A stretch of DNA of 64,000 nt, taken from contig JAAVFP010000051.1 of assembly GCA_014800735.1 (NCBI GenBank), positions 10,004 through 74,003 on the forward strand. Reading direction: 5' to 3'. This DNA is from Bacteroidales bacterium. Its GTDB lineage: Bacteria; Bacteroidota; Bacteroidia; Bacteroidales; Muribaculaceae. The notes beneath the pieces are model-generated. The model did no database searches. It was not told where the DNA came from and saw only the letters and a program-made list of their open reading frames with translations. The translations under genes and the position numbers were made by a program. This document shows, one piece after another, positions 1-9,324 of this stretch (its first letter is position 1; each line of letters begins with the position of its first letter).

Positions 1-2
1 AC

Positions 3-686
3 GACCCCGCAATTGATGGCGGAGCACCCGTGGCCGACGACGTACCGCCCGTGACTGCCAACACCGATTCAACCCCCAAAGGCATTGCCGTGGGAGCTGC
101 CGTGCTCCTGGGCCTGGCTTTCGGCCTGGGATGCTGGGTGTGGTGCGACGGCGAGGGACGCGACCAGTCACTGCCCCAGGATGTAATATCCTACCAGGCA
201 GCGCAGAACAAGAACAGCGACATGGGCCTGCCCACACCGTTCGCCCTCTATGGTCTTGACTACACCACAACCGGTGGCAGCGGCATCGCCGCAGTGCGCC
301 CTGTGGCTCAGGTGCCTGTGGCACAAACCATTGCCGTGCCTGTTGCAACCGCCCAGGCTCCGACCGTGGTTAAGGTTTCCGACCAGCCACTGGTTTATCT
401 GTTCAACTACGGCCAGGCTGGCGTGCCTGAAAACACCGAGCTTACCGCCCTTGCCGAGCAGGCAAGCCGCAACGGCTCCAAGCTGGATGTCCGCGCCTAC
501 ACCGACGAGAGCGGCAGCCCGGCCTGCAACCGCCGCCTGAGCGAGAAACGCGCCAAAGCCATCGCCGCCTATCTCGAGGCTCACGGTGTGCCTGCGTCGC
601 AGATTACCGTCAAAGGCATGGGCCCCACACACGCCTATGCCAACAACGCCCAGGACCGCCGTGCCGAGGTCTACGTGGTGAAATAA
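3..686 (+). CDS. OmpA-family (peptidoglycan-binding) protein, probably 5'-truncated by the window edge
   Basis: C-terminal OmpA_C motifs YTDESGS, NRRLSEKRAKAI, QDRRAEV; a hydrophobic TM segment; the frame is open back to the window start. Confidence 0.8.
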   Translation, partial: DPAIDGGAPVADDVPPVTANTDSTPKGIAVGAAVLLGLAFGLGCWVWCDGEGRDQSLPQDVISYQAAQNKNSDMGLPTPFALYGLDYTTTGGSGIAAVRPVAQVPVAQTIAVPVATAQAPTVVKVSDQPLVYLFNYGQAGVPENTELTALAEQASRNGSKLDVRAYTDESGSPACNRRLSEKRAKAIAAYLEAHGVPASQITVKGMGPTHAYANNAQDRRAEVYVVK

Positions 687-719
687 GCATGAAATAATCA
701 TTATTTCCGCATAAATTCA

Positions 720-760
720 GTTCCGCACTCGCCCTTGCCGGGTGAGCGCGGAACTTTTTT
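720..760 (+). terminator. Rho-independent terminator
   Basis: gttccgcactcgccc / gggtgagcgcggaac stem followed by a T-run. Confidence 0.75.
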
Positions 761-826
761 GCATTTATTTCGAATATGAACCCAATTTAATAGGTGGTTA
801 AGCATGATTATTACACGGATTTTTTG

Positions 827-834
827 TACTTTTG
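827..834 (+). promoter_or_regulatory. Bacteroidetes sigma-A -7 element (TACTTTTG) upstream of purH
   Basis: Matches TAnnTTTG consensus 27 nt before the ATG. Confidence 0.6.
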
Positions 835-861
835 CACACCAATAGTACAAACATTACTACA

Positions 862-2391
862 ATGTCAACACTCAAGCCCATCCGCACAGCTCTCATCTCC
901 GTCTTCAACAAGGACGGAATCGACTCTATAGTACGCAAACTCCACGCCGAAGGTGTAGAACTCCTCTCCACCGGCGGCTCACGCAAATTCATCGAAAGCC
1001 TCGGCATCCCCTGCAAGGCAGTCGAGGACCTCACCGGCTATCCCTCCATCCTGGGCGGCCGCGTCAAGACCCTCCACCCCAAGGTGTTCGGCGGCATCCT
1101 TGCCCGCCGTGCCAACGAAGGCGACCTGGCTGAAATGAAAGAATATGAAATCCCTGCTATCGACCTGGTTATCGTTGACCTCTACCCCTTCGAGGCCACT
1201 GTTGCTTCCGGTGCCTCGCAGCAGGACATCATCGAGAAAATCGACATAGGCGGTATCTCGCTCATCCGCGCTGCCGCCAAGAACTTTGCCGACACCGTAA
1301 TCGTGGCATCCAACCGCCAGTACGGCGTGCTTCAGGGCATGCTTGACAGCCACGGCGCATCGTCCACCGAAGCCGAGCGCCGCTACCTGGCAGCCGAGGC
1401 ATTCGCCGTAAGCTCCGGCTACGATTCGGCCATCTTCAACTGGTTCGCATCCACCACTCCCTCCACGGCCGAGCTCCGTGTGGCCATCGACGGCGCCAAG
1501 GACCTCCGCTACGGTGAGAACCCCCACCAGGAAGCGCGCTACTACGGCGACTTCGACAAGATTTTCGACCAGCTCCACGGCAAGGAAATTTCCTACAACA
1601 ACCTCCTGGACATCGACGCTGCCGTTGCGCTGATTGACGAATTCGAAGCCCCCACCGTGGCCATCCTCAAGCACAACAACGCCTGTGGCCTGGCCACACG
1701 CGAAACCATTGCCGAAGCTTGGACCGACGCTCTGGCCGGCGACCCTGTGTCGGCTTTCGGCGGAGTTATCATTGCCAACGGCAAAATCGAAGCTAACGCC
1801 GCTGCCGAAATCGGCAAAATTTTCTTCGAGGTGATTATCGCTCCCGAGTACTCCGAGGATGCTCTTGCAATCCTGATGCAGAAGAAGAACCGCATCATCC
1901 TGAAGCGCAAGAACTTCGACCAGGCCCTCGTGAAGATGCGCACCATCCTGGGAGGCATGCTCGTGCAGCAGGCCGACAACAAGGTTGAAACTCCGGACGA
2001 CCTCAAGCTGGTTGCCGGTGAGGAACCCTCGGCCGAACTGGTTGCCGACATGCTCTTCGCCAACAAAATCGTGAAGCACTCCAAGAGCAACGCCATTGTG
2101 CTTGCCCGCAACGGCCAGCTGCTGGCATCGGGCGTAGGACAGACCTCGCGCGTGGACGCTCTGAAGCATGCCATCGAAAAAGCCAACTCCTTCGGCTTCA
2201 GCCTTGACGGTGCCGTGATGGCTTCCGATGCCTTCTTCCCCTTCGCCGACTGTGTGGAAATTGCCCACACCGCAGGTGTCAACGCAGTGATTCAGCCCGG
2301 CGGTTCCATCCGCGACACCGACTCGGTGGAATACTGCAAGAACAACGGCATGACAATGGTTATGACCGGCTTCCGCCACTTCCGTCACTAA
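862..2391 (+). CDS. purH: Bifunctional AICAR transformylase/IMP cyclohydrolase
   Basis: ALISVFNK, GGRVKTLHP, LRYGENPHQ, ASDAFFPF, GFRHFRH; start moved to ATG 862. Confidence 0.97.
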   Translation: MSTLKPIRTALISVFNKDGIDSIVRKLHAEGVELLSTGGSRKFIESLGIPCKAVEDLTGYPSILGGRVKTLHPKVFGGILARRANEGDLAEMKEYEIPAIDLVIVDLYPFEATVASGASQQDIIEKIDIGGISLIRAAAKNFADTVIVASNRQYGVLQGMLDSHGASSTEAERRYLAAEAFAVSSGYDSAIFNWFASTTPSTAELRVAIDGAKDLRYGENPHQEARYYGDFDKIFDQLHGKEISYNNLLDIDAAVALIDEFEAPTVAILKHNNACGLATRETIAEAWTDALAGDPVSAFGGVIIANGKIEANAAAEIGKIFFEVIIAPEYSEDALAILMQKKNRIILKRKNFDQALVKMRTILGGMLVQQADNKVETPDDLKLVAGEEPSAELVADMLFANKIVKHSKSNAIVLARNGQLLASGVGQTSRVDALKHAIEKANSFGFSLDGAVMASDAFFPFADCVEIAHTAGVNAVIQPGGSIRDTDSVEYCKNNGMTMVMTGFRHFRH

Positions 2392-2413
2392 TACTTCTCC
2401 CCCAATATAACTA

Positions 2414-3433
2414 ATGAGACTTTTCTCACTCACAAAAGAAATTGCAATCGACCTTGGCACAGCCAATACGATTATCATCCATAACGACAAAATCGTAATC
2501 AACGAGCCGTCCATCGTCGCGCTGGATAACCGCACCGACAAGCTCATTGCCGTAGGCAAGGAAGCCCACCAGATGGAGGGCAAGGGCCACCCCGGCATCC
2601 GCACCGTGCGCCCCCTGCGCAAGGGTGTGATTGCCGACTTCAACGCCGCCGAGCTCATGATTCGCGGCCTGGTGAAGAAGGCAGCCACCAAAAACAGCTG
2701 GTTCTCCCCCTCGCTGCGCATGGTGGTAGGCATCCCCTCGGGTTCGACCGAAGTCGAGGTGCGCGCCGTGCGCGACTCGTCTGAGCACGCCGATGGCCGC
2801 GACGTCTACATGATTCACGAGCCTATGGCCGCCGCCCTCGGTATCGGCCTGGACGTTGAAGCCCCCCAGGGCAACATGATTGTGGACATCGGCGGTGGTA
2901 CCACCGAAATCGCCGTTATCTCGCTGGGCGGCATCGTGAGCAACAAGAGTATTCAGATTGCCGGCGACGACCTCACCGACGATATCCTCAACCACATGCG
3001 TCGCGCGCATAATATTAAGGTGGGTGTCCGCACCGCCGAGCAGATCAAGATGCACGTGGGTTCGGCCCTCACCGAGCTTGAAAATCCGCCGGAGGACTAC
3101 GTGGTGCACGGCCCCAACCTGATGACCGCCCTGCCCCTGGAGGTGCCCGTGAGCTATCAGGAAATCTGCCACTGCATCGAAAAGACCATCTCCAAAATCG
3201 AGGCAGCTGTGCTCAGCGCTCTTGAGCAGACCCCGCCCGAGCTCTACGCCGACATCGTGCGCAACGGTATCTGGCTGGCCGGTGGCGGAGCAATGCTCCG
3301 CGGCCTGGATAAGCGTCTTATCGACAAAATCGGCATCCAGTTCCATATCGCCGAGGACCCCCTGCTGTGTGTGGCAAAGGGTACAGGCGTAGCTCTCAAG
3401 AACATCCATCGCTTCTCGTTCCTCATTCGATAA
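2414..3433 (+). CDS. mreB: Rod shape-determining protein MreB
   Basis: IAIDLGTANT, VDIGGGTTE actin-like motifs; operon context. Confidence 0.97.
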   Translation: MRLFSLTKEIAIDLGTANTIIIHNDKIVINEPSIVALDNRTDKLIAVGKEAHQMEGKGHPGIRTVRPLRKGVIADFNAAELMIRGLVKKAATKNSWFSPSLRMVVGIPSGSTEVEVRAVRDSSEHADGRDVYMIHEPMAAALGIGLDVEAPQGNMIVDIGGGTTEIAVISLGGIVSNKSIQIAGDDLTDDILNHMRRAHNIKVGVRTAEQIKMHVGSALTELENPPEDYVVHGPNLMTALPLEVPVSYQEICHCIEKTISKIEAAVLSALEQTPPELYADIVRNGIWLAGGGAMLRGLDKRLIDKIGIQFHIAEDPLLCVAKGTGVALKNIHRFSFLIR

Positions 3434-3439
3434 GGATTC

Positions 3440-4309
3440 GTGAACGAACTATTTGGTTTCATCGTACGCAACAGCAAGTGGTTTATCGTCACATTTTTTG
3501 TGGCGATAAGCCTCTGGCTGCTTTTGGGCAGTAACCCCTACAACCAGCACGTCTATCTCACGTCGGCCGGACGCATGGCCTCCACGGTCTACAAAGGCGC
3601 CAATAACGTGACTTCGTACTTCAACCTGCACGAAATCAACGACGACCTCAACCGCCGCAACGCCGAACTGCAGGCTCAGATTGCGCAGCTGGAAGAAACC
3701 ATCGACCTCTTGAGCGAGGCCCAGTTCACGGACACCATGCGCGTGGAGCCGGGCATGCGCCACTTTGAGTTCATCGTGGCACACGTAATCAACAACTCCA
3801 TCGCTCATCCCTTCAACTACCTCACCATCAACAAAGGCAGCTCCGACGGCATCCGTCCCGAGCTGGGTGTGATTGACCGCAACGGTGTGGTCGGCATCGT
3901 GAGCAATGTAGGGCCGTCGAGCGCGCGTGTGATATCGCTGCTCAACCCCCACTTCCGCCTCAGCTGCAAGCTGAAGCGCACCGAATATTTCGGTTCGCTG
4001 GTGTGGGACGGCGAAAATCCCACCGAAGCACTGCTCGAGGAGCTCCCGCGCCACACGGTGTTCAACATCGGCGATACGATCGTGACCAGCGGCTACTCCG
4101 CCGTGTTCCCCGAGGGTCTGCCTGTGGGCATTGTGCTTGATAACGAAACGGACAAGACCCAGAATTTCTTCACCCTGCGCGTGCGCCTGCTGGCCGACTT
4201 CACCACCCTAAGCAACGTACAGGTGGTGATCAACACCCAGGCCGAGGAGCTCGAAGCCCTGACCGCAGGCGAGGAAAATGATTCCAAAAAGACACCCTTC
4301 GGCAACTGA
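3440..4309 (+). CDS. mreC: Rod shape-determining protein MreC
   Basis: TM helix, coiled coil, TINKGSSDGI, IVTSGYSAVFPEGLPVG; follows mreB. Confidence 0.95.
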   Translation: MNELFGFIVRNSKWFIVTFFVAISLWLLLGSNPYNQHVYLTSAGRMASTVYKGANNVTSYFNLHEINDDLNRRNAELQAQIAQLEETIDLLSEAQFTDTMRVEPGMRHFEFIVAHVINNSIAHPFNYLTINKGSSDGIRPELGVIDRNGVVGIVSNVGPSSARVISLLNPHFRLSCKLKRTEYFGSLVWDGENPTEALLEELPRHTVFNIGDTIVTSGYSAVFPEGLPVGIVLDNETDKTQNFFTLRVRLLADFTTLSNVQVVINTQAEELEALTAGEENDSKKTPFGN

Positions 4310-4311
4310 CG

Positions 4312-4827
4312 ATGACAAAGTTCGCTATAAGATACCTGATTGCATTCCTGCTCCTGATTCCGGCGCAGGCCATCATCTTCAACCACCTCATCCTGTTTGA
4401 TGTGGCGGTGCCCGTGGTGTTCATCTACCTCATCATCATGCTGCCCATCACCCTGGGCACCAACATCTCAACCACCCTCGGTTTCCTGGCCGGGCTTGGT
4501 GTGGACATTTTCTGCGACACTCCGGGAGTGAACGCCCTGAGCTGCACCCTGCTGGCATTCGCACGCAAGCCCATTTTCCACCTCTACGTGTCCACCGACG
4601 ATGACCTGGCGGGCCGCTCGCCCTCCTCGCGCAACATGGGCCACGCCGCCTACATGAAATTCATGGTCACCATGGCCCTGATTTATTGCGCGCTGGTGTT
4701 CACCATCGAGGCCTTCCAGTTTTTCAACTTCCGCCTGCTTGTACTCCGCATAGCGGCCTCCACTGTCTATACTTTTATTCTCCTCTACGCTCTGGACTGC
4801 TTCACGCTGCGCAACCGCGCCAGCTGA
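4312..4827 (+). CDS. mreD: Rod shape-determining protein MreD
   Basis: Small multi-TM protein between mreC and mrdA. Confidence 0.88.
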   Translation: MTKFAIRYLIAFLLLIPAQAIIFNHLILFDVAVPVVFIYLIIMLPITLGTNISTTLGFLAGLGVDIFCDTPGVNALSCTLLAFARKPIFHLYVSTDDDLAGRSPSSRNMGHAAYMKFMVTMALIYCALVFTIEAFQFFNFRLLVLRIAASTVYTFILLYALDCFTLRNRAS

Positions 4828-4871
4828 ACACCTCAGGATTCCCGAGCATTCAATAATCCGCAATCCCCACA

Positions 4872-6722
4872 TTGAGAAAGAATTATAACTACGAGAAAAG
4901 AAAATACATTATCGGCGGCTTCATTGTGCTGATAGCCTGCATTTTCCTCGTGCGCCTGTTCGACCTCCAGCTCAACGACGAGAAGTACAAGCGCTCCGCC
5001 GACTCCAACGCTTTTCTCAAGAAAACCATATATCCCTCGCGCGGACTCATCTACGACCGCAACGGCGAGCTGGTGGTGTTCAACCAGCCGGCCTACGACG
5101 TTATGCTCATTCCGCGCGACGTGCAGCCTTTCGACACCCTTGATTTCTGCCAGACGCTCAACATCACCAAGGAGAGTTTCGAAAAACGAATTGCCGACAT
5201 GAAAGCGAGCGCCGGCTACTCGTCCTACACCCCGCAGCGACTCATGTCGCAGCTCTCGGCGCAGGACTACGGCCGCCTCCAGGAAAAGCTCTACCGCTTC
5301 CCCGGTTTCTTCATCCAGAAACGCATCCTGCGCCAATACAAGCAGCCCACGGCGGCCAATGTGCTCGGCAACATCCGCGAGGTGTCCAAGGCCGACATTG
5401 AGCGCGACGATTACTATGCTCCCGGCGACTACACCGGCGACCTCGGCATCGAAAAAAGCTACGAGCAGTATCTGCGCGGCGAAAAAGGTGTGGAAATCCT
5501 CATCCGTGACGCCCGCGGCCGCATCCAGGGCCGCTACGAGGACGGAGCCAACGACCTTGAACCTATCTCGGGCCGCGACCTGCGCCTGAGCCTCGACATC
5601 AAGCTGCAACAGTATGCCGAGAGCCTCATGGTGGGCAAGCGCGGAGCTGTTGTAGCCATTGAGCCCTCCACCGGCGAAATCCTGTGCATGGTGTCCATGC
5701 CCAACTACGACCCCACACTGCTTGTGGGCCGACAGCGCGGCGAGAACTACGCCAAGCTGGTGCAGGATGAATCCTGGCCGCTGTTTGACCGCGCACTGAT
5801 GGGCGCCTACCCTCCCGGCTCAACCTTCAAGCCCACGCAGGGCCTGATTTTCCTGGAAGAAAATATCATCGACCTCACCACGGCCTACCCCTGCTCCCAC
5901 GGCTACATCAACGGTGGCCTGCGCGTGGGTTGCCACGGCCACTACTCGCCCCTGCCGCTCAAACCGGCCCTGCAGACCTCGTGCAACGCCTTCTTCTGCT
6001 GGGGTTTCAAGGCCATGATTGACCGCCGGAGCAAGTACGGCTCCTCGGCCAAGGCTTTCGAGGTGTGGAAAAACCACCTGGTGAGCATGGGCTACGGCTA
6101 CAAGCTGGGCGTGGACCTCCCCGGCGAAAGCCGCGGCTTCATCCCCAACGCCAAGTTCTACGACAAATTCTACCGCGAGGGCCGCTGGAGCGCCAACACC
6201 ATCATATCCGTCTCCATCGGTCAGGGCGAAATTCTGGCTACGCCGCTGCAGATAGCCAACCTCGGTGCCACCATCGCCAACCGCGGATGGTTCATCACCC
6301 CCCACGTGGTGAAGGAAATCCAGGACACCGTGATGCCCGACGGCATGCTGGACCGCCGCTATCCCACCGTGCGCTCCGAGCACTACGAGGCCGTGGCCGA
6401 AGGCATGCGCATGGCTGTGCTGGGCGGCACGTGCACCAAGGCCAACATTTCCGGCATCGAGGTGTGTGGCAAAACCGGTACCGCCCAGAACCCGCACGGC
6501 AAGGACCACTCCGCTTTCATGGGCTTCGCGCCCTACCACGAACCCAAGATTGCCGTGGCCGTGTATGTGGAAAACGGCGGCTGGGGTGCCACCTTCGGTG
6601 TGCCCATCGGCAGCCTCGTTATGGAAAAATATCTTAAAGGCAGCATCGGTCCCGAGCGCAAATACCTCGAGGATGCCATGCTCAACACTCATGTAGCCTA
6701 TGCCGCTCCCACGAAGAAATGA
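4872..6722 (+). CDS. mrdA: Penicillin-binding protein 2
   Basis: RGLIYDRNG, PGSTFK (SxxK), SCN (SxN), KTGTAQ; TTG start. Confidence 0.95.
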   Translation: MRKNYNYEKRKYIIGGFIVLIACIFLVRLFDLQLNDEKYKRSADSNAFLKKTIYPSRGLIYDRNGELVVFNQPAYDVMLIPRDVQPFDTLDFCQTLNITKESFEKRIADMKASAGYSSYTPQRLMSQLSAQDYGRLQEKLYRFPGFFIQKRILRQYKQPTAANVLGNIREVSKADIERDDYYAPGDYTGDLGIEKSYEQYLRGEKGVEILIRDARGRIQGRYEDGANDLEPISGRDLRLSLDIKLQQYAESLMVGKRGAVVAIEPSTGEILCMVSMPNYDPTLLVGRQRGENYAKLVQDESWPLFDRALMGAYPPGSTFKPTQGLIFLEENIIDLTTAYPCSHGYINGGLRVGCHGHYSPLPLKPALQTSCNAFFCWGFKAMIDRRSKYGSSAKAFEVWKNHLVSMGYGYKLGVDLPGESRGFIPNAKFYDKFYREGRWSANTIISVSIGQGEILATPLQIANLGATIANRGWFITPHVVKEIQDTVMPDGMLDRRYPTVRSEHYEAVAEGMRMAVLGGTCTKANISGIEVCGKTGTAQNPHGKDHSAFMGFAPYHEPKIAVAVYVENGGWGATFGVPIGSLVMEKYLKGSIGPERKYLEDAMLNTHVAYAAPTKK

Positions 6723-8169
6723 CCCCACGTCGACTTTCAAAAGCCTCGACTGGCCCACGATAATCATATACATCATCATGGTGTTCGCCGGCATGGTGAG
6801 CATCTATGCCGCCAGCTATGATTTCGACAACGCCTCGATGCTCGCCTACACCGAGTTTTCGGGCAAGCAGCTGCGCTGGATTCTGCTGTCCTTCATGGTG
6901 GGCCTTGTCATCCTGCTGATTGACGCACGCCTCTACGAAGCCTATGCCTTCCCAATGTACATAGTGCTGCTGGTACTGTTGGCCATAACGCCATTCATCG
7001 CCCACGACATCAAGGGTTCGCACTCATGGATTTCGCTGGGCCCGATGAGCTTGCAGCCGGCCGAGTTCGCCAAGTGTACCACAGCCCTGGCGCTGGCCAA
7101 ACTGTTCAGTACCTATCATTTCGACCTGAACGCCAAGCCGAGCAACTACGTCAAGGCCCTCGGCCTGATTTTCATGCCCATCATCCTGATTCTACTGCAG
7201 AACGAAACCGGCTCGGCCCTCACATTCATGGCCCTCTTCTTCGTGCTCTACCGCGAGGGCATGAGCGGCCTGGTGCTCTTCGCCGCGCTTTTCGCAGTGG
7301 TGATTTTCGTGGTGGGAATCAAGTTTACGGACACTATCACATTCGGTATGGCCACCGGCCAGTTTGCCGTGCTCACCATCACCATGCTCGTGATGCTCGG
7401 TCTGGCGGCACTCTACGCTCGGCGCCTCGAGGTGGCCCGCAACCTGCTGTTCTGGTTCGCCGGCACGGGCTTTATTGAGTACATCCTCGGCCTCTGCGGC
7501 ATCGAGCTGCCCGGCCTGCCGATTATGATTGGCGAAATTGTCATCGCGTGCATCTACCTCGTCATCACCGCCCTGCGCTACCACTGGAAATCGCTCTACG
7601 TGCCCGTGGCTGCATCGCTCTTCGGCGTGGTGTTCCTCTTTTCAGTCGGCACGGCTTTCGACAAACTCCAGCCACACCAGCAGCTGCGCATCCAGGTGGC
7701 CCTGGGCATGGTGGAGGACCTCCGGAATGCCGGCTACAACGTGAACCAGTCCAAAATCGCCATCGGTTCGGGCGGCCTTATGGGCAAGGGCTTCCTCAAC
7801 GGCACCCAGACCAAACTTAAATACGTGCCCGAGCAACACACCGACTTCATTTTTTGCACCATCGGCGAGGAGGAGGGCTTCGTAGGCTCGCTCATTGTGT
7901 GTGCGCTGTTTGTTGCGCTCATTCTGCGCGTAATCAGCATCGGCGAGCGCCAGCCCACCACTTTCGGGCGCGTCTATGCCTACTGCGTGGCCTCCTATTT
8001 CATGTTCCACTTCTGCATCAACATCGGCATGGTCATCGGCCTGTGCCCCGTCATCGGCATCCCCTTGCCCTTCTTCAGCTACGGCGGCTCATCGCTGTGG
8101 GGCTTCACCATCCTGCTGTTCATCCTGCTGAAAATCGATGCCGCGCGCAAAAACGTCCTGGCCTACTGA
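6700..8169 (+). CDS. rodA: SEDS peptidoglycan glycosyltransferase RodA
   Basis: LQPAEFAK, QSKIAIGSGG, PEQHTDFIF, PFFSYGGSS. Confidence 0.95.
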   Translation: MPLPRRNDPTSTFKSLDWPTIIIYIIMVFAGMVSIYAASYDFDNASMLAYTEFSGKQLRWILLSFMVGLVILLIDARLYEAYAFPMYIVLLVLLAITPFIAHDIKGSHSWISLGPMSLQPAEFAKCTTALALAKLFSTYHFDLNAKPSNYVKALGLIFMPIILILLQNETGSALTFMALFFVLYREGMSGLVLFAALFAVVIFVVGIKFTDTITFGMATGQFAVLTITMLVMLGLAALYARRLEVARNLLFWFAGTGFIEYILGLCGIELPGLPIMIGEIVIACIYLVITALRYHWKSLYVPVAASLFGVVFLFSVGTAFDKLQPHQQLRIQVALGMVEDLRNAGYNVNQSKIAIGSGGLMGKGFLNGTQTKLKYVPEQHTDFIFCTIGEEEGFVGSLIVCALFVALILRVISIGERQPTTFGRVYAYCVASYFMFHFCINIGMVIGLCPVIGIPLPFFSYGGSSLWGFTILLFILLKIDAARKNVLAY

Positions 8170-8170
8170 C

Positions 8171-9259
8171 ATGGAACCCGTCCTGCCCCGCGAACTCAGC
8201 CGGCGTGTGCTCATGGCCGGCAACTACTACCGCCACCATCATCCCGGCGGCATATCGGCCGTGGTGCAATATTGGGCGCCCTACATCGAGAAGCTTCAGT
8301 ACTACCCCACCTACCGCCTGGCCTCGCTGCCCGTGCGCGCATGGTGGTTCGCCACATCCTACGCCCGCATGGCCCTGCGCATGGCCACCGACCCCGGCGT
8401 GAAAATCGTGCACCTGCACAGCGCCGCCGACGGCTCATTCTGGCGCAAGACACGCCTCACCAATCTGGCCAAGGTCCTGGGCCGCCAGGTGGTGCTACAC
8501 ATCCACGCATCGCGCTTCAAGGATTTCTACACCGAGGCATCGCCGCGCCGGCAACGCTCCATTCTGCGCACACTGCGCCGGGCCGACGTGCTGGTGGTGC
8601 TGTCCGAGTCGTGGCGCCGCTGGTTCGAATCCATCGGCGTGGAGCCCGACCGCATCCGGGTGCTACGCAACATCACAGCCTACCCTGTGCTGCGCCCCGA
8701 ACTGAAGCAGCCCGACGGGCGCCTACACCTGCTGTTCATGGGCGAGATAGGTCCGCGCAAAGGCGTATTCGACATTCTCCATGCCATAGCCGACCACAAG
8801 GACGAGTTCGGCGGCCGCCTGCTGCTGAGCATCGGCGGCAACCGCAACGAGGAGGAACTGCTCGACACCATCCGCCGCTACGGCCTGGAGGACATCGTGA
8901 AATTCGAAGGCTGGGTGGGTGGCGACAAGAAAATCGAACTGCTCAACCGCGCTGATGTGTTCATCCTGCCCTCCTACAACGAAGGCCTGCCTATCTCCAT
9001 CCTCGAAGCCATGAGCTACGGCCACCCCATCATCGCCACCCCTGTGGGCGGTATCCCCGAAGTGGTCGAAACGGACGTCAACGGCGTACTCGTGGAGCCC
9101 GGCAACCACGAACAAATCTACCGCGCAATCAAAAAATACATCGACCAACCCGACCTGATTGGAAAAGAAGGCGCCGAAAGCACCCGCCGCGCCACCCCAC
9201 ACCTCCCCACATCCGTTCTCCACCACCTCCGCACCATCTACGAGCAACTGCTCAGCTGA
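8171..9259 (+). CDS. Glycosyltransferase family 4
   Basis: PSYNEGLPISILEAM (EX7E) and PVGGIPEVV; ATG 8171 lies 1 nt after the rodA stop. Confidence 0.9.
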   Translation: MEPVLPRELSRRVLMAGNYYRHHHPGGISAVVQYWAPYIEKLQYYPTYRLASLPVRAWWFATSYARMALRMATDPGVKIVHLHSAADGSFWRKTRLTNLAKVLGRQVVLHIHASRFKDFYTEASPRRQRSILRTLRRADVLVVLSESWRRWFESIGVEPDRIRVLRNITAYPVLRPELKQPDGRLHLLFMGEIGPRKGVFDILHAIADHKDEFGGRLLLSIGGNRNEEELLDTIRRYGLEDIVKFEGWVGGDKKIELLNRADVFILPSYNEGLPISILEAMSYGHPIIATPVGGIPEVVETDVNGVLVEPGNHEQIYRAIKKYIDQPDLIGKEGAESTRRATPHLPTSVLHHLRTIYEQLLS

Positions 9260-9324
9260 CAATAATAATCTGATTTTCGACTATTTCCAGTGTAAAAATG
9301 TCCAATCGGCAACTAAGGCTAATA

